From contig JAZQXC010000003.1 in assembly GCA_045632645.1 (NCBI GenBank), positions 2,033-66,032 of the forward strand: 64,000 bases of DNA, written 5' to 3'. Positions 37,149 through 47,370 of this stretch are shown in pieces. Origin of the DNA: Alphaproteobacteria bacterium (GTDB taxonomy: Bacteria > Pseudomonadota > Alphaproteobacteria > RF32 > CAG-239). Every line of letters starts with the position of its first letter. Within the stretch, counting starts at the first letter, position 1. The position numbers and the translations under genes were made by a program. A model generated the notes under the pieces. That model was not told where the DNA came from, searched no databases, and was given only the letters and a program-made list of their open reading frames with translations.

Positions 37149-38045
37149 ATGATGAAAAATAAAGTTAATTTGAAATTTTGGTTTGGAGTTGGACTTGTTG
37201 CTTTTACTTGTGGTTGTGCACATGAGGGCAGGGAGTTTCAATATGAAAATTTAACTGAAGAAGTTAGCGCTATTAAGAAAGATGGCGGATATTATAAGGT
37301 GGGTAATCCTTATAAGGTTATGGGACAATATTATACACCTAAGGAAGATTATAATTATTCAGAGGTGGGAATCGCTTCTTGGTATGGTGATGATTTTCAT
37401 GACAAAAAAACAGCAAATGGCGAAACATATGATATGAGAGCGATTACTGCTGCTCATAGAACTCTTCCTTTGCCTTCTATTGTGAAAGTAACAAACTTAG
37501 AAAATGGACGCTCGATTATTGCAAGAGTTAATGATAGAGGTCCTTATGTGAAGAATCGTATTATTGATGTGTCGCAAAAGGGAGCAGAGCTTCTTGGATA
37601 TCGCCAGAAAGGAACAGCTAAAGTTAAGGTTGAAATTTTAGCAAGAGAAAGCAAGGCTATTAAAGAAGCTATGTTATCTAAAAGTAATAAAGCAAAAGAC
37701 TTTAACGGTCCTATAAATTATGAATTAGCACCAATATCTGTTTCGGATGTTAAAAAACAAGAAGCTGTTATTGTGGCTAATAATTTGGAGGCAAATGATG
37801 TTAAGACTGTTGAAAAAGGAAATTTCTTTGTGCAAGTAGGCGCTTTCTCAGATTATAATAAGGCAAAGGAAATGGCTGAGAATATGAAGAGATTTGGTAA
37901 AGTTGTTATTCATGAAGCTTATTTGAGCAAAGATGGTGTTTATAGAGTTAGAATTGGAGCTTATCAAAGCAGAAATGAAGCTCTGCAAATTTTGGATCGT
38001 TTGTTAGATTATGGGCATGCAGATGTGTCTATTGTGCAAGGTTAG
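37149..38045 (+). CDS. rlpA: septal ring lytic transglycosylase RlpA (DPBB plus SPOR domain), lipoprotein
   Basis: Lipobox FTCGCA. GIASWYGDDFHDKKTANGE (DPBB). C-terminal FFVQVGAF SPOR motif. Confidence 0.8.
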   Translation: MMKNKVNLKFWFGVGLVAFTCGCAHEGREFQYENLTEEVSAIKKDGGYYKVGNPYKVMGQYYTPKEDYNYSEVGIASWYGDDFHDKKTANGETYDMRAITAAHRTLPLPSIVKVTNLENGRSIIARVNDRGPYVKNRIIDVSQKGAELLGYRQKGTAKVKVEILARESKAIKEAMLSKSNKAKDFNGPINYELAPISVSDVKKQEAVIVANNLEANDVKTVEKGNFFVQVGAFSDYNKAKEMAENMKRFGKVVIHEAYLSKDGVYRVRIGAYQSRNEALQILDRLLDYGHADVSIVQG

Positions 38046-38057
38046 GAGTGATTTAAT

Positions 38058-39203
38058 ATGAAGTTTAATAAATTCTTTTTGTTAGTATCTGGGGTTTCTA
38101 TGTTGGGTATAGCATCTGCTAATGCCTTTGAAACAAAAGCGTTAAATGCGATATTGATGGATTATGAAACAGGAGAGTATATTTTTACAAAAAATCATGA
38201 GGAAATGATTGCTCCTGCATCTATGAGTAAATTGATGACGGTTTATGTTTTGCTCTCTAAAATTAAAGATGGTGAAGTGTCTTTAGATGATTTGTATTTA
38301 GTTAGCGAAAATGCTTGGAGAAAAGGTGGAGCGGCAAGTGGCGGTTCTACAATGTTTTTGAAAATTGGACAAGAAGTTCGAGTTGAGGATTTGATTAAAG
38401 GTATTATAATTCAATCTGGTAATGATGCTTGTATTGTTGTGGCTGAAAATTTGGCAGGATCTGAAGAGGAATTTGCATCTTTGCTTAATGAAACAGCTGA
38501 AAAAATTGGATTAAAAAATGCTAATTTTAAAAACTCAACAGGACTTCCTCATCCTGAACACAAAATTTCGGTTGAAGATTTAGCTAAACTTGCAAGGCAT
38601 ATTATTAAGGAATTTCCTGAGTTTTACCACTTTTTCAAGCAAAAAGAATTTACTTATAATGGTATTAAACAAGGAAATAGAAATCCTTTATTGTACTCTC
38701 TTAAAGGGGCTGATGGCTTAAAGACTGGACATACTGATGAAGCAGGTTTTTGTTTGACAGGTTCTGTTGTTAGAGGTGATAGACGTTTAATTGAAGTTAT
38801 GGCAGGGCTTTCTAGTAATAAAGAGCGCTCCGAAGAAACTGAAAGTTTGATGACTTGGGGGTTTGCTAATTTTGATAACTTTAAGTTTTTTAATAAAAAT
38901 CAAATTTTAGCTAGTGTTCCTGTTTGGTATGGGGCGATTGATCGTGTTGACGGTGTTGTTGAAGATAATATTGTGAAAACAATAAAGAAAACTGCTCGTA
39001 ATAAATATGAGGCTAAAGTTGTATATAAAAGTCCACTTAAAGCACCAATTGTTAAAGGTGAGAAAATTGGTGATGTGGTTATTAGCTATGAGGGTAAAAA
39101 GGTTGGCTCTTATTCACTGGTAGCAAAAGATAGTGTTGCAAAAATGGGAGCGTTTAGCAGATTTATTGAAAACTTGAAATATTTTGCTTTTGGAGATAAA
39201 TAA
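38058..39203 (+). CDS. D-alanyl-D-alanine carboxypeptidase (PBP5/6 class)
   Basis: SMSKLMT (SxxK), SGN, KTG motifs. Signal peptide. Confidence 0.85.
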   Translation: MKFNKFFLLVSGVSMLGIASANAFETKALNAILMDYETGEYIFTKNHEEMIAPASMSKLMTVYVLLSKIKDGEVSLDDLYLVSENAWRKGGAASGGSTMFLKIGQEVRVEDLIKGIIIQSGNDACIVVAENLAGSEEEFASLLNETAEKIGLKNANFKNSTGLPHPEHKISVEDLAKLARHIIKEFPEFYHFFKQKEFTYNGIKQGNRNPLLYSLKGADGLKTGHTDEAGFCLTGSVVRGDRRLIEVMAGLSSNKERSEETESLMTWGFANFDNFKFFNKNQILASVPVWYGAIDRVDGVVEDNIVKTIKKTARNKYEAKVVYKSPLKAPIVKGEKIGDVVISYEGKKVGSYSLVAKDSVAKMGAFSRFIENLKYFAFGDK

Positions 39204-39206
39204 GCT

Positions 39207-39845
39207 ATGCAAGGAAAATTTATTACCTTTGAGGGCGGTGAAGGAGCTGGTAAATCTTTACAAATCAAGAGATTTGCTGAGTATTTGAAAAGTAAAGGGA
39301 TTGATGTTGTCTTAACTCGTGAGCCTGGTGGAACTGAAGTAGGTAAAGAAATTAGAAAAATTTTGGTTGAAGGTGATAAAGATAAGTTTGATGAAATAAC
39401 TGAGATTTTGTTGTTTTATGCTGATAGGCGTATTAATCTTGAAAAAGTGGTTAAACCTGCGCTTTTAGAAGGTAAATATGTAATTTCTGATAGGTATAAT
39501 GATTCGACGATTGCATACCAATATTATGGAGCGAATAAATTTAGCGATACAAAAATTATGGATACTATATATGATGTTATTGCTGGAGATTTTAAGCCTG
39601 ATTTAACAGTGCTTTTAGATGTTGATGTTAAAGTTGGTTTGGAGAGAAGCTTTAAGAAAGCTGAGGGAATGGAAATAAAAGAGCTTCGCTTTGAAAATGC
39701 TAAAGTTGATTTTCATCAAAGACTAAGAAATGGATATTTAGAGATGGCTAAAAATGAGCCAGAGCGTTTTGTTGTTGTTAATGCAAATAATGGTATTGAT
39801 GAAGTGTTTGATGAACTTATTAAAAAGATTGAAGGGCGTATTTAA
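39207..39845 (+). CDS. tmk: thymidylate kinase
   Basis: FITFEGGEGAGKS P-loop, DRY motif. Confidence 0.9.
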   Translation: MQGKFITFEGGEGAGKSLQIKRFAEYLKSKGIDVVLTREPGGTEVGKEIRKILVEGDKDKFDEITEILLFYADRRINLEKVVKPALLEGKYVISDRYNDSTIAYQYYGANKFSDTKIMDTIYDVIAGDFKPDLTVLLDVDVKVGLERSFKKAEGMEIKELRFENAKVDFHQRLRNGYLEMAKNEPERFVVVNANNGIDEVFDELIKKIEGRI

Positions 39846-39942
39846 GAGCTTAGTTTATTTTATTTAAATATTATTGACATAAAAGGTGATTTATGTTAGA
39901 TATTTTATAGAAAAGGAATGTTAATACTGAGGTTTTAATTTT

Positions 39943-40944
39943 ATGGCTAATGATTTGATTGTACCTGAAGTTTTACTTATTAATAAGATGGAGGAAATGG
40001 ATAATTCTCTGTCTGTAAAAGTTTGGGAACAGATGAAAACAGATGCTGTTTGTAGAGAAGAGGAAGAATATAGAGCAATAGCGCCAACAAAACGTCGTGC
40101 TCGTAAGATGTTTTTTTCTGATTTTGTAAATAAAGCTATTAGCATACCTATGGAAATTACTCCTAAAGTTTCTGATGAGGCATATAAACAAATTTATAGG
40201 TTATATATTTTTTCTTGTCAGCAAGCAATTCATTATCCTGAAGTTAGACGTAATCCTTTTATTTTAGGTTTTCATGCTCTTAAGGAAATTAAGGAAGCAT
40301 TGGTTGGTATTATGGTTACTTATAGGCTTGTTACACCATCAGCACCTTATAGTTGGTCTAGAGAGTTTTTTGAAAAACATATTTTGATTGATAAAGGACC
40401 AGAAGGGCAGGCTATTATTAAGTTTATGTGTGTGCCTGCTGATGCTGTTGATGCAGCTATGAATGAAGAAGTTGTAACAGACTGGATGATATATAAAAAT
40501 TTTGATACTAATGGTATTAGAACTTTAATGGATGTAAAAAATAATTTGCTTGCGTTGCCTAATTATCAAAGAGGTGGTTCTCCTGCTGCTGAGTTTTCGC
40601 GTTTTCAAAGAAAAATGGCAGAGATGAGGGCTGAAAAAGAAGTTAAACGAAATGATGCGTTAGATTTAGAGTTTCGTAAAACGTTGGTTCAATCTGTTGC
40701 AGAAAAGACTGCTGAAAAATTAATTTCATCTGGTATGACTACAACTGAGATTTTAAGTAAAGTGTTTAGCTCTGATATTACAAAATTAACATCTTTGGGT
40801 GAAGATAATTTGAAATTAGAGAATGATAAGACGCAATGTGGACAAGATAAAATGTTAGAGGCTTGTACTAAACGTTTATCAAAAAATAAATCTAATGTTG
40901 AACTTCAAATAGAAGAAATGCTTGATGATACTGAGGAAGAGTAA
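39943..40944 (+). CDS. hypothetical protein (333 aa), no recognisable domain
   Basis: Long ORF with a promoter-like TTGACA upstream. Stop abuts the convergent membrane-protein gene. Confidence 0.45.
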   Translation: MANDLIVPEVLLINKMEEMDNSLSVKVWEQMKTDAVCREEEEYRAIAPTKRRARKMFFSDFVNKAISIPMEITPKVSDEAYKQIYRLYIFSCQQAIHYPEVRRNPFILGFHALKEIKEALVGIMVTYRLVTPSAPYSWSREFFEKHILIDKGPEGQAIIKFMCVPADAVDAAMNEEVVTDWMIYKNFDTNGIRTLMDVKNNLLALPNYQRGGSPAAEFSRFQRKMAEMRAEKEVKRNDALDLEFRKTLVQSVAEKTAEKLISSGMTTTEILSKVFSSDITKLTSLGEDNLKLENDKTQCGQDKMLEACTKRLSKNKSNVELQIEEMLDDTEEE

Positions 40945-40945
40945 T

Positions 40946-42607
40946 TTATCTTAAATAGTTTTGTTTTAAGATGTTAAGGGATTGATTATCCAATATTAGC
41001 ATTATCCAGTAATCTCCAACCATCGTGCTATTTTCTGATGGCCATGGTTTTGCTGTTTGTAAGAACTTTTTAGCTTCTATATCTTCTCTAAATGTATATA
41101 CATATGATGTTTTATCTGCAAATTCTGGATAGGTGTAGTAATTAAACATAACACCTGAATTCATCCCTGGAATGTATGATATTGATAATAGGTCATCGCT
41201 TGGGTGTGTGTATGGTGTGTGGTAAAAACGCTCGCGAAAAGATGGACCTCCACCCTGTACAATAATATATTTTCCGTTGGGATTAAATCTGTTTGATGAT
41301 TTGAAGCGATTTTGTATTCTTTTATATAAACTTAATTCAGCATTAAAGCCTAAGTTCCATACTTTTTGAGCGTTTGATAGTGAGTTTATATTAACCATTA
41401 AACATAGTGCTATGCAAGTGTAGGAAATATTTTTTAGAATTTTATTTGTGCTTTTAAGGGTTATGGTTAACATTGCTGAATATACATATAATAATCCGAA
41501 AAAGTCTATACGAGGAGAAAACTCTGTTTCTTTTATTGAAGGAGATAAGAATAATGTAATTAATGCAGAATAAAAGATAGCTATAAAGCAAATAATTGAG
41601 AGGGTTTTATTTTTTTTGTTTTTATTTATTAATTGGGATAATAGTGCGTATATAGCACATAATGTTATGATTAGGGTAAAGGCTTTGTATGGTGATGTTA
41701 TAAAGGGTAGAGTTATGATAAATTGTTTAAATATGTCTTTTGAAATGAGGATAAATTTATCTGCCCATTCATTAAGTGGTATGATTTGAAGATTATAATA
41801 ACTTTCGTTTATTGCGCCAGTGTGTGTGAAATAAAGTAATGCTAATTTATATAATATTGCGCCAAGAAGGAAGTTTATTATGCTATATTTATAGTCTTTG
41901 ATAATGTTTTTTAGCGATTTGTTGTCATAAAATAAATTTAAGAAAATTTTAGTGCTTAATGCTGTTGCATAAAGGTTTATAACTGGAGGATAGCCACCTA
42001 AGGCAAGCATGAATAATAGTGCTGATAAAATTGTTTTTTTAAGCAAAAAAGAAGTTTCAGATGATGATATTAAAAGGCTTAATATAATAACTGCATTCCA
42101 GCTTAGGCAAGGTATTACTATGAATGAGAAATACATAAAAGATAATATGTATGGAGTTAGTGTTGTAAATAAAGCAAATAGAATATAGTGTGTTTTGGTG
42201 CGAGGTAAGCTCCAATATTTGGCGAGAAGAGCAATACCTAGTGAAAAGCCTGTAAAACCAAGTAGATTATTTATTATGGGGAGGATTTTACCTAAACTTA
42301 GAATATTGATGAATAAAAATTGGGAAAAACGCCCCTCAAACAATCCGGCTTCTAATTTGACGTTATGTCTTAGATATTGCCAATCATGGTCGCCAAACAT
42401 AAAAAATGTGCTATGATATAAAAACACAATGCTTAAAGCTATTAGTGATGTGAAAAATGCACTCCAAAAAAGTGTGTCTGCCTTTTTTAGCTTAAGTATA
42501 AGATAGGACTTAATGTCAAAATTAAGTATTTTTTGTTGTATATCATTCATGTTTTTTAGGCTAATATTTGAGAGGGAAATAGTCAACGAGTGAGAAAAAA
42601 TATGCAC
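40946..42607 (-). CDS. polytopic membrane protein with C-terminal soluble domain (GT-C-like architecture)
   Basis: ~11 TM helices then a ~150-aa hydrophilic domain. Start uncertain. Confidence 0.45.
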   Translation of the reverse strand: MHIFSHSLTISLSNISLKNMNDIQQKILNFDIKSYLILKLKKADTLFWSAFFTSLIALSIVFLYHSTFFMFGDHDWQYLRHNVKLEAGLFEGRFSQFLFINILSLGKILPIINNLLGFTGFSLGIALLAKYWSLPRTKTHYILFALFTTLTPYILSFMYFSFIVIPCLSWNAVIILSLLISSSETSFLLKKTILSALLFMLALGGYPPVINLYATALSTKIFLNLFYDNKSLKNIIKDYKYSIINFLLGAILYKLALLYFTHTGAINESYYNLQIIPLNEWADKFILISKDIFKQFIITLPFITSPYKAFTLIITLCAIYALLSQLINKNKKNKTLSIICFIAIFYSALITLFLSPSIKETEFSPRIDFFGLLYVYSAMLTITLKSTNKILKNISYTCIALCLMVNINSLSNAQKVWNLGFNAELSLYKRIQNRFKSSNRFNPNGKYIIVQGGGPSFRERFYHTPYTHPSDDLLSISYIPGMNSGVMFNYYTYPEFADKTSYVYTFREDIEAKKFLQTAKPWPSENSTMVGDYWIMLILDNQSLNILKQNYLR

Positions 42608-42662
42608 AGCAACTTTTAAGTGTTTGAAAAAATAATAATATTTTTTTTAGTAGAATTATCTA

Positions 42663-42712
42663 AAAGTATTGACAAGTGTGACACAGTTGATTTATAGTTA
42701 TGTCATAATGGT
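42663..42712 (+). promoter_or_regulatory. phage-type promoter/operator unit, copy 1 (TTGACA-N18-TATAGT overlapped by the imperfect palindrome TGACACA...TATGTCA)
   Basis: ~50 bp nearly identical to 56682-56731 (about 3 mismatches by eye). Confidence 0.55.
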
Positions 42713-42742
42713 TGAATTAGCTTTTGATAAATGCTATTTATT

Positions 42743-42766
42743 GGGCGTCTATAGGGCGCCTTTTTT
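42743..42766 (+). terminator. leader terminator 1a (GGGCG...CGCC plus T6)
   Basis: Short GC stem and T-run ~45 nt downstream of the promoter. Confidence 0.4.
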
Positions 42767-42792
42767 GTTTTTAAATTCTATTTTGTAATTTT

Positions 42793-42817
42793 GGGTAAAC
42801 ATTGTTTGCCCTTTTTT
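42793..42817 (+). terminator. leader terminator 1b (GGGTAAA/TTTGCCC plus T6)
   Basis: 7-bp stem (one G-U) with T-run, 22 nt before the ATG at 42839. Confidence 0.5.
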
Positions 42818-42838
42818 GATATTTAAAAGGAGAAAAAT

Positions 42839-43885
42839 ATGAGTATTAAACCAGCAAAAATCCAATTTAATGGTGGGGAAATTAGCCCATGGTTAGATGC
42901 GAGGTATGATATTGCAAAATTTGATAAGAGTGCAAAATTGTGTCGTAATTTTATACCACTTATTGAAGGGAGTATTAAAAGAAGAGGGGGCTCTAGATTT
43001 GTGGCTAGATGCTTAAATGATGATGGGGTTACATTTAGTATTAATCCTTATCCAAGCGAAGCTGAAGTTATTATTGATGGGGAAAAAAGAAATAATATAA
43101 AAGTGGCTAGAGGGGAGTATGTTAGCTTTGAACTTAAGATGGTGGGATATGCACCGTATAGTGGGAAAATATTAGTTAATGATGATTTATGTATTGATGT
43201 AAAACTTGTTTCTAATAGTGAAAAAAGGATATTGAAAATTATTTCTAATCCTATTGATGCAATTATTAAAATTGATGGGTATGAACGAAATGAGGGGGAA
43301 TTTGCGAAAAATTCTGAAGTTTTTTATATTGTGTATAAAGATGGGTATATTATGAAGTCTGGTAATGTGATACTTAGCGAGGATATGGAGCTTTATATTG
43401 AATTAGAAAAAGACGAGGAAGTTGTTGGAGGGGAGAGTGTTTTTGGTGACTGGGGAAGACCTGTTGGATTGATTAGTTGTAGTGCTGTTGGATATATTGA
43501 AAAGCAATATAAATGTTTTTTATTAAGATTCGAAAATGGTTATTTGCCGGTAATATTTAATGCCAATGAAAATGTTCCAAATAAAATTGATGAAACTCTT
43601 TTTTGTTATGAAAATGTTGATGGATATGATGCTGTTGTTTATAAAGGTGGCAAGTATGTTTTGTGTTATATGGAACAGGGAAGCGAAGCTTTGTATTATA
43701 AATTGCTTGATGGGACACTGATTTATGCTGTTGATTTTTTAACTCAAAAAGCTGTTGGTTGGCAAGTGAATGATGATGGAAAATATGCATCATATTATGC
43801 CAATTATGATGGGCATGTTTCTGGTAATGCTGTTAAGGTTTATTATAAAGGTAATTTGATTTGGGAATTGAAGGGGAGAAATTAA
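42839..43885 (+). CDS. phage-region hypothetical protein (beta-rich; possible tail or receptor-binding component)
   Basis: AAGGAG RBS. 348 aa. First gene after promoter/terminator unit 1. Confidence 0.5.
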   Translation: MSIKPAKIQFNGGEISPWLDARYDIAKFDKSAKLCRNFIPLIEGSIKRRGGSRFVARCLNDDGVTFSINPYPSEAEVIIDGEKRNNIKVARGEYVSFELKMVGYAPYSGKILVNDDLCIDVKLVSNSEKRILKIISNPIDAIIKIDGYERNEGEFAKNSEVFYIVYKDGYIMKSGNVILSEDMELYIELEKDEEVVGGESVFGDWGRPVGLISCSAVGYIEKQYKCFLLRFENGYLPVIFNANENVPNKIDETLFCYENVDGYDAVVYKGGKYVLCYMEQGSEALYYKLLDGTLIYAVDFLTQKAVGWQVNDDGKYASYYANYDGHVSGNAVKVYYKGNLIWELKGRN

Positions 43886-43886
43886 T

Positions 43887-46037
43887 ATGGGAAATGTGAG
43901 AAGTTTTTTAGTGCCATTTAAGTATAGTCATAAAGTGGCTTATGTTGTAGAATTTAGTCATTTGAAAATAAGGTTGTTTGCAAAAAATAAACTTGTGAAA
44001 CTTGATGGAAAAGATTTTTCAGGAAATGTTGAAGAGCTTTCTGGTGAAAATGTGGATTTGCATGCATTAAATGATGATGCTTTGGTTATTGATAGTCCAT
44101 ATAGCTATGATGATTTGTGGGATGAAGAAGATAAGTGTATGGGAATTCAGACTATTCAACACTCTGATGTGCTTTATATTTTTAATGAAAATCATCCGAT
44201 AATGATGTTAAAAAGATATTCTAATATTGATTGGAGATTAGAAGAACTTGAAATTAAAAATGGTCCGTTTATGGCGATGAATACTTCGGATATTTTAATA
44301 TCTTCTGATGGGGTTTGTGGTAATGTTAAACTTAGTGCTGATGGAGATGTTTTTAAGGATAGTGATGTTGGACGTTTGATTAGGCTTAGAAATTTTGATG
44401 ATGATACTAAAGGATGGGTTGCTGGTTATGAGTATAAAATTGACGAGTTATGCTTATCTGACAATAAGTATTATAAAGCACTTAATGGTGCAATTAGTGG
44501 AAGCCAAAAACCTGTTCATAGTATTGGGGTGAAATCTGATGGAGGTGTTAGGTGGAGATTTATTCACGATGGAATGGGGATTATTAAAATAAAAAAAATT
44601 ATTGATGCGCGAAATGTTGAAGGAGAAGTTTTATCTAGGCTTCCTGATACGATTTTAAATGGAACGTTATATTGGGAATTAGGAGTTTTGCACAATGGTA
44701 TTAAGCACCCAAAATCGGGTGCTTTTTTTAGGAACAGATTTTGCTTTTTAGTAAATACTGATACAGGGCCTAATGTTTGTATGTCTTGTGTTGGTGATTA
44801 TAATAATTTTGCTGATTTAGATGTTGGAGAAGCAACAGCAGAAACGGCTATAACTGTTCCTGTTTTGAATACGGAATTTAATGAAGGAAAATGGTTATAT
44901 GCTGGAAGTTCGCTGTTTGTTGGAACTGGTGCTTCTGAGTTTTATATTGATGTGATGTCAACGTCTTCAGGACTTTCTTCTGATAATGTGAAAATAGTGC
45001 AAATTTCTAATGTTGGAAGTAAGGGAGTTATGCCTGTTAATGTTGGAAGTAATGTGTTTTTTGTTGATAGATATGGGCTATCTATTAGAGATTTATCGTA
45101 CGATTATTATAGTGAAGGATATAAAGAGATTGATATTTCTATATTGGGAAAACATTTATTTTCATCTAGAATTATTGGAATTAGTTTTCAGGAAACACCT
45201 GATAAGATTTTATGGTGTTTGATGGCTGATGGAATGTTGGTTGCGATGACGTTTTCTCAAGAACAAGAAGTTGTGGCTTTTTCTAGACATGATTTTAGTG
45301 GAGATGTTGAAAGTATGGCTATTGTTCCTAATTTTGAAGATTGTTGTGATGAAATGTGGGTTGTTGTTAGTAGAACTATTAATTCTGCTAAATTTAGAAG
45401 TGTTGAAAAAATAGAGCAAGGAATGCCGTTTACTTATCCTTTAAGTGTTTTAAAAGAAAATAATTTGGCTAAAAAGGAGGATATTAAAAAAGAATATATC
45501 AAAAATCAGGCAATATATTTGGATGGATTTGTGTTGTTTGAAAGAGGTGAGCTTGATGAGTGCGAAGAAGTTTCCGGTTTAGAGCATTTGGAAGGAAAAA
45601 AAATCAAAGTTTTTGCTGATGGAAGTGTTGAAGATGATCAATTTGTAATTGGTGGAAAAATAACTATTAGTAAAAATTGGGTTAGGGTTTTGATTGGTTT
45701 ACCAATAGTTAGCCAATTTATTCCACAGCTTAATTTTATTGAAAATCAAATGGGGAGTGGCTTAGGGCAACGTCAGAGAATAAATCATGTTTTGCTTATG
45801 CTTTATATGTCTGGTGGAGGCAAAATTGGGCCTTATGAAAATAATTTACATGAAATTTGTTATCGCTTGAGTGATGACGAAATGAATGTTTCTAAAGAGC
45901 TTTTTTCGGGTAAAAAAGAAATTTTATTTAATGGGGCAACAAGTGTTAATGAAACTGGAGCGATGTTGATGATTGAAAATGATAGCCCAATGCCGATGAA
46001 TATTTTGGCAATTGTTCCGTTTTTAGATGTTAATTAA
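43887..46037 (+). CDS. large phage structural-like protein (716 aa; tail hub/nozzle or fibre-like)
   Basis: Translationally coupled to the upstream gene. Size and beta-rich composition only. Confidence 0.5.
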   Translation: MGNVRSFLVPFKYSHKVAYVVEFSHLKIRLFAKNKLVKLDGKDFSGNVEELSGENVDLHALNDDALVIDSPYSYDDLWDEEDKCMGIQTIQHSDVLYIFNENHPIMMLKRYSNIDWRLEELEIKNGPFMAMNTSDILISSDGVCGNVKLSADGDVFKDSDVGRLIRLRNFDDDTKGWVAGYEYKIDELCLSDNKYYKALNGAISGSQKPVHSIGVKSDGGVRWRFIHDGMGIIKIKKIIDARNVEGEVLSRLPDTILNGTLYWELGVLHNGIKHPKSGAFFRNRFCFLVNTDTGPNVCMSCVGDYNNFADLDVGEATAETAITVPVLNTEFNEGKWLYAGSSLFVGTGASEFYIDVMSTSSGLSSDNVKIVQISNVGSKGVMPVNVGSNVFFVDRYGLSIRDLSYDYYSEGYKEIDISILGKHLFSSRIIGISFQETPDKILWCLMADGMLVAMTFSQEQEVVAFSRHDFSGDVESMAIVPNFEDCCDEMWVVVSRTINSAKFRSVEKIEQGMPFTYPLSVLKENNLAKKEDIKKEYIKNQAIYLDGFVLFERGELDECEEVSGLEHLEGKKIKVFADGSVEDDQFVIGGKITISKNWVRVLIGLPIVSQFIPQLNFIENQMGSGLGQRQRINHVLLMLYMSGGGKIGPYENNLHEICYRLSDDEMNVSKELFSGKKEILFNGATSVNETGAMLMIENDSPMPMNILAIVPFLDVN

Positions 46038-46059
46038 GGAGTTTTGAAAGGAGTATATA

Positions 46060-47370
46060 ATGGTGAAAGGTTTAACTAATGCTAGAGTTGTTTTGGATGT
46101 GGCGTCTGGCTCTGGTGGTGATAAGGTTTGGGCGTTAAAGGGATTTGGTGCACCTAAAAACAAAGGCGATAAGGTCTTTATAAGAAAAAATCTTAAAGGC
46201 GATTTGATGCCGATTACGAATTTTGCTGACCCTAGTGCTACTTCTGCATATTGTAAAAATGATGGTTCGGTTATTGCACATTTAACTTCTAACAGTTTTA
46301 TGTTATATGATTTGGCTTATGGTACTACATATAGTGATGGAATGTTACTTGGTAAACCAACAGAAAGCAGGCAATATCATAGAACTAAAAGACTTGGTGA
46401 TAAAGTTGTTTTTTATTCAGATTCAGATGTTAGTGATGGAACAACACACGATATAATTGCTGGAAAGACAACGATTGTAGAAATATATGGCAAGTTTTTA
46501 AGAGAAGATTTGGTTTTACAATATGTTTCTGATAATAATTTTAAGCTTCAGAGATATGATATAGATACTAACACTTATGGAGAAGATTTAGGCAGTATTA
46601 ATATAGGTGAAGGTAGTAATGTTTATTATGTTGCTGATGTTGTATTAGATGGAAATATACTTCTTGTTGGAAAAAGAAGAAAAAGTTATGCCGAATATTG
46701 GTCTTGTTTTTATGATGTTAGTGATTTGCATAATCCGATACTATTAAATAAAACTAAGATGATTTCGGAGTCTAAGATATATTGTGCGACAGGATTGAGA
46801 GTTGGAGAGTATATCATTACAAGAGGCTCATCTCACCTTGATACATATACTAAGGACACAACACATATATATCAAATTAAAGAAAACTATACACTTGGTA
46901 GTGCTGATAATATAAATGATGAAATTGTTTATTTGTTATCTGGTGTATCAACTGTGTGTTATAATGAAGAAAATAAAATTTTATCTATTGGTGGTAATTT
47001 CTTTAAGTATGAAGATGGTAAGTTTAATCGAATTAGAATTGGGTATGGGATGCTTGCAACAAATGTAACAACCCTTCCTAGTGCTTTTATATTATCTGAA
47101 AATTTAGAAACGTCTGCTAGGATTTTTACTTATAAAGCGTCATCATCTAACGTCAAACGATTAAATGTATATAGACAAGCTGATCTAGATGCAAATTGGT
47201 TTACAACAAGCGATATGATATCTGATGTTTTTACTGGAATATATACAGGTAGAACAGATGAAAATGATAGGGTTGAGGTAGAGTCTATTTTACCTGCTAA
47301 AGTTAACCTAACTGTTGTAACAGATGTTGATGTTAGTGATGGTGAAATTATATTTGAGGGGGTAGCGTAA
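46060..47370 (+). CDS. phage tail-fibre-like protein (436 aa)
   Basis: Thr/Ser/Gly/Asn-rich, beta-rich. Couples to the next gene (ATGA overlap). Confidence 0.45.
   Translation: MVKGLTNARVVLDVASGSGGDKVWALKGFGAPKNKGDKVFIRKNLKGDLMPITNFADPSATSAYCKNDGSVIAHLTSNSFMLYDLAYGTTYSDGMLLGKPTESRQYHRTKRLGDKVVFYSDSDVSDGTTHDIIAGKTTIVEIYGKFLREDLVLQYVSDNNFKLQRYDIDTNTYGEDLGSINIGEGSNVYYVADVVLDGNILLVGKRRKSYAEYWSCFYDVSDLHNPILLNKTKMISESKIYCATGLRVGEYIITRGSSHLDTYTKDTTHIYQIKENYTLGSADNINDEIVYLLSGVSTVCYNEENKILSIGGNFFKYEDGKFNRIRIGYGMLATNVTTLPSAFILSENLETSARIFTYKASSSNVKRLNVYRQADLDANWFTTSDMISDVFTGIYTGRTDENDRVEVESILPAKVNLTVVTDVDVSDGEIIFEGVA

Noticed and set aside
42706-42790. Possible leader peptides starting ATGGT(T/A)GAA (MVE...) just downstream of both promoter copies
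   Set aside because: No Shine-Dalgarno. Lengths differ (26 vs 7 codons). The conservation is more simply explained at the RNA level.
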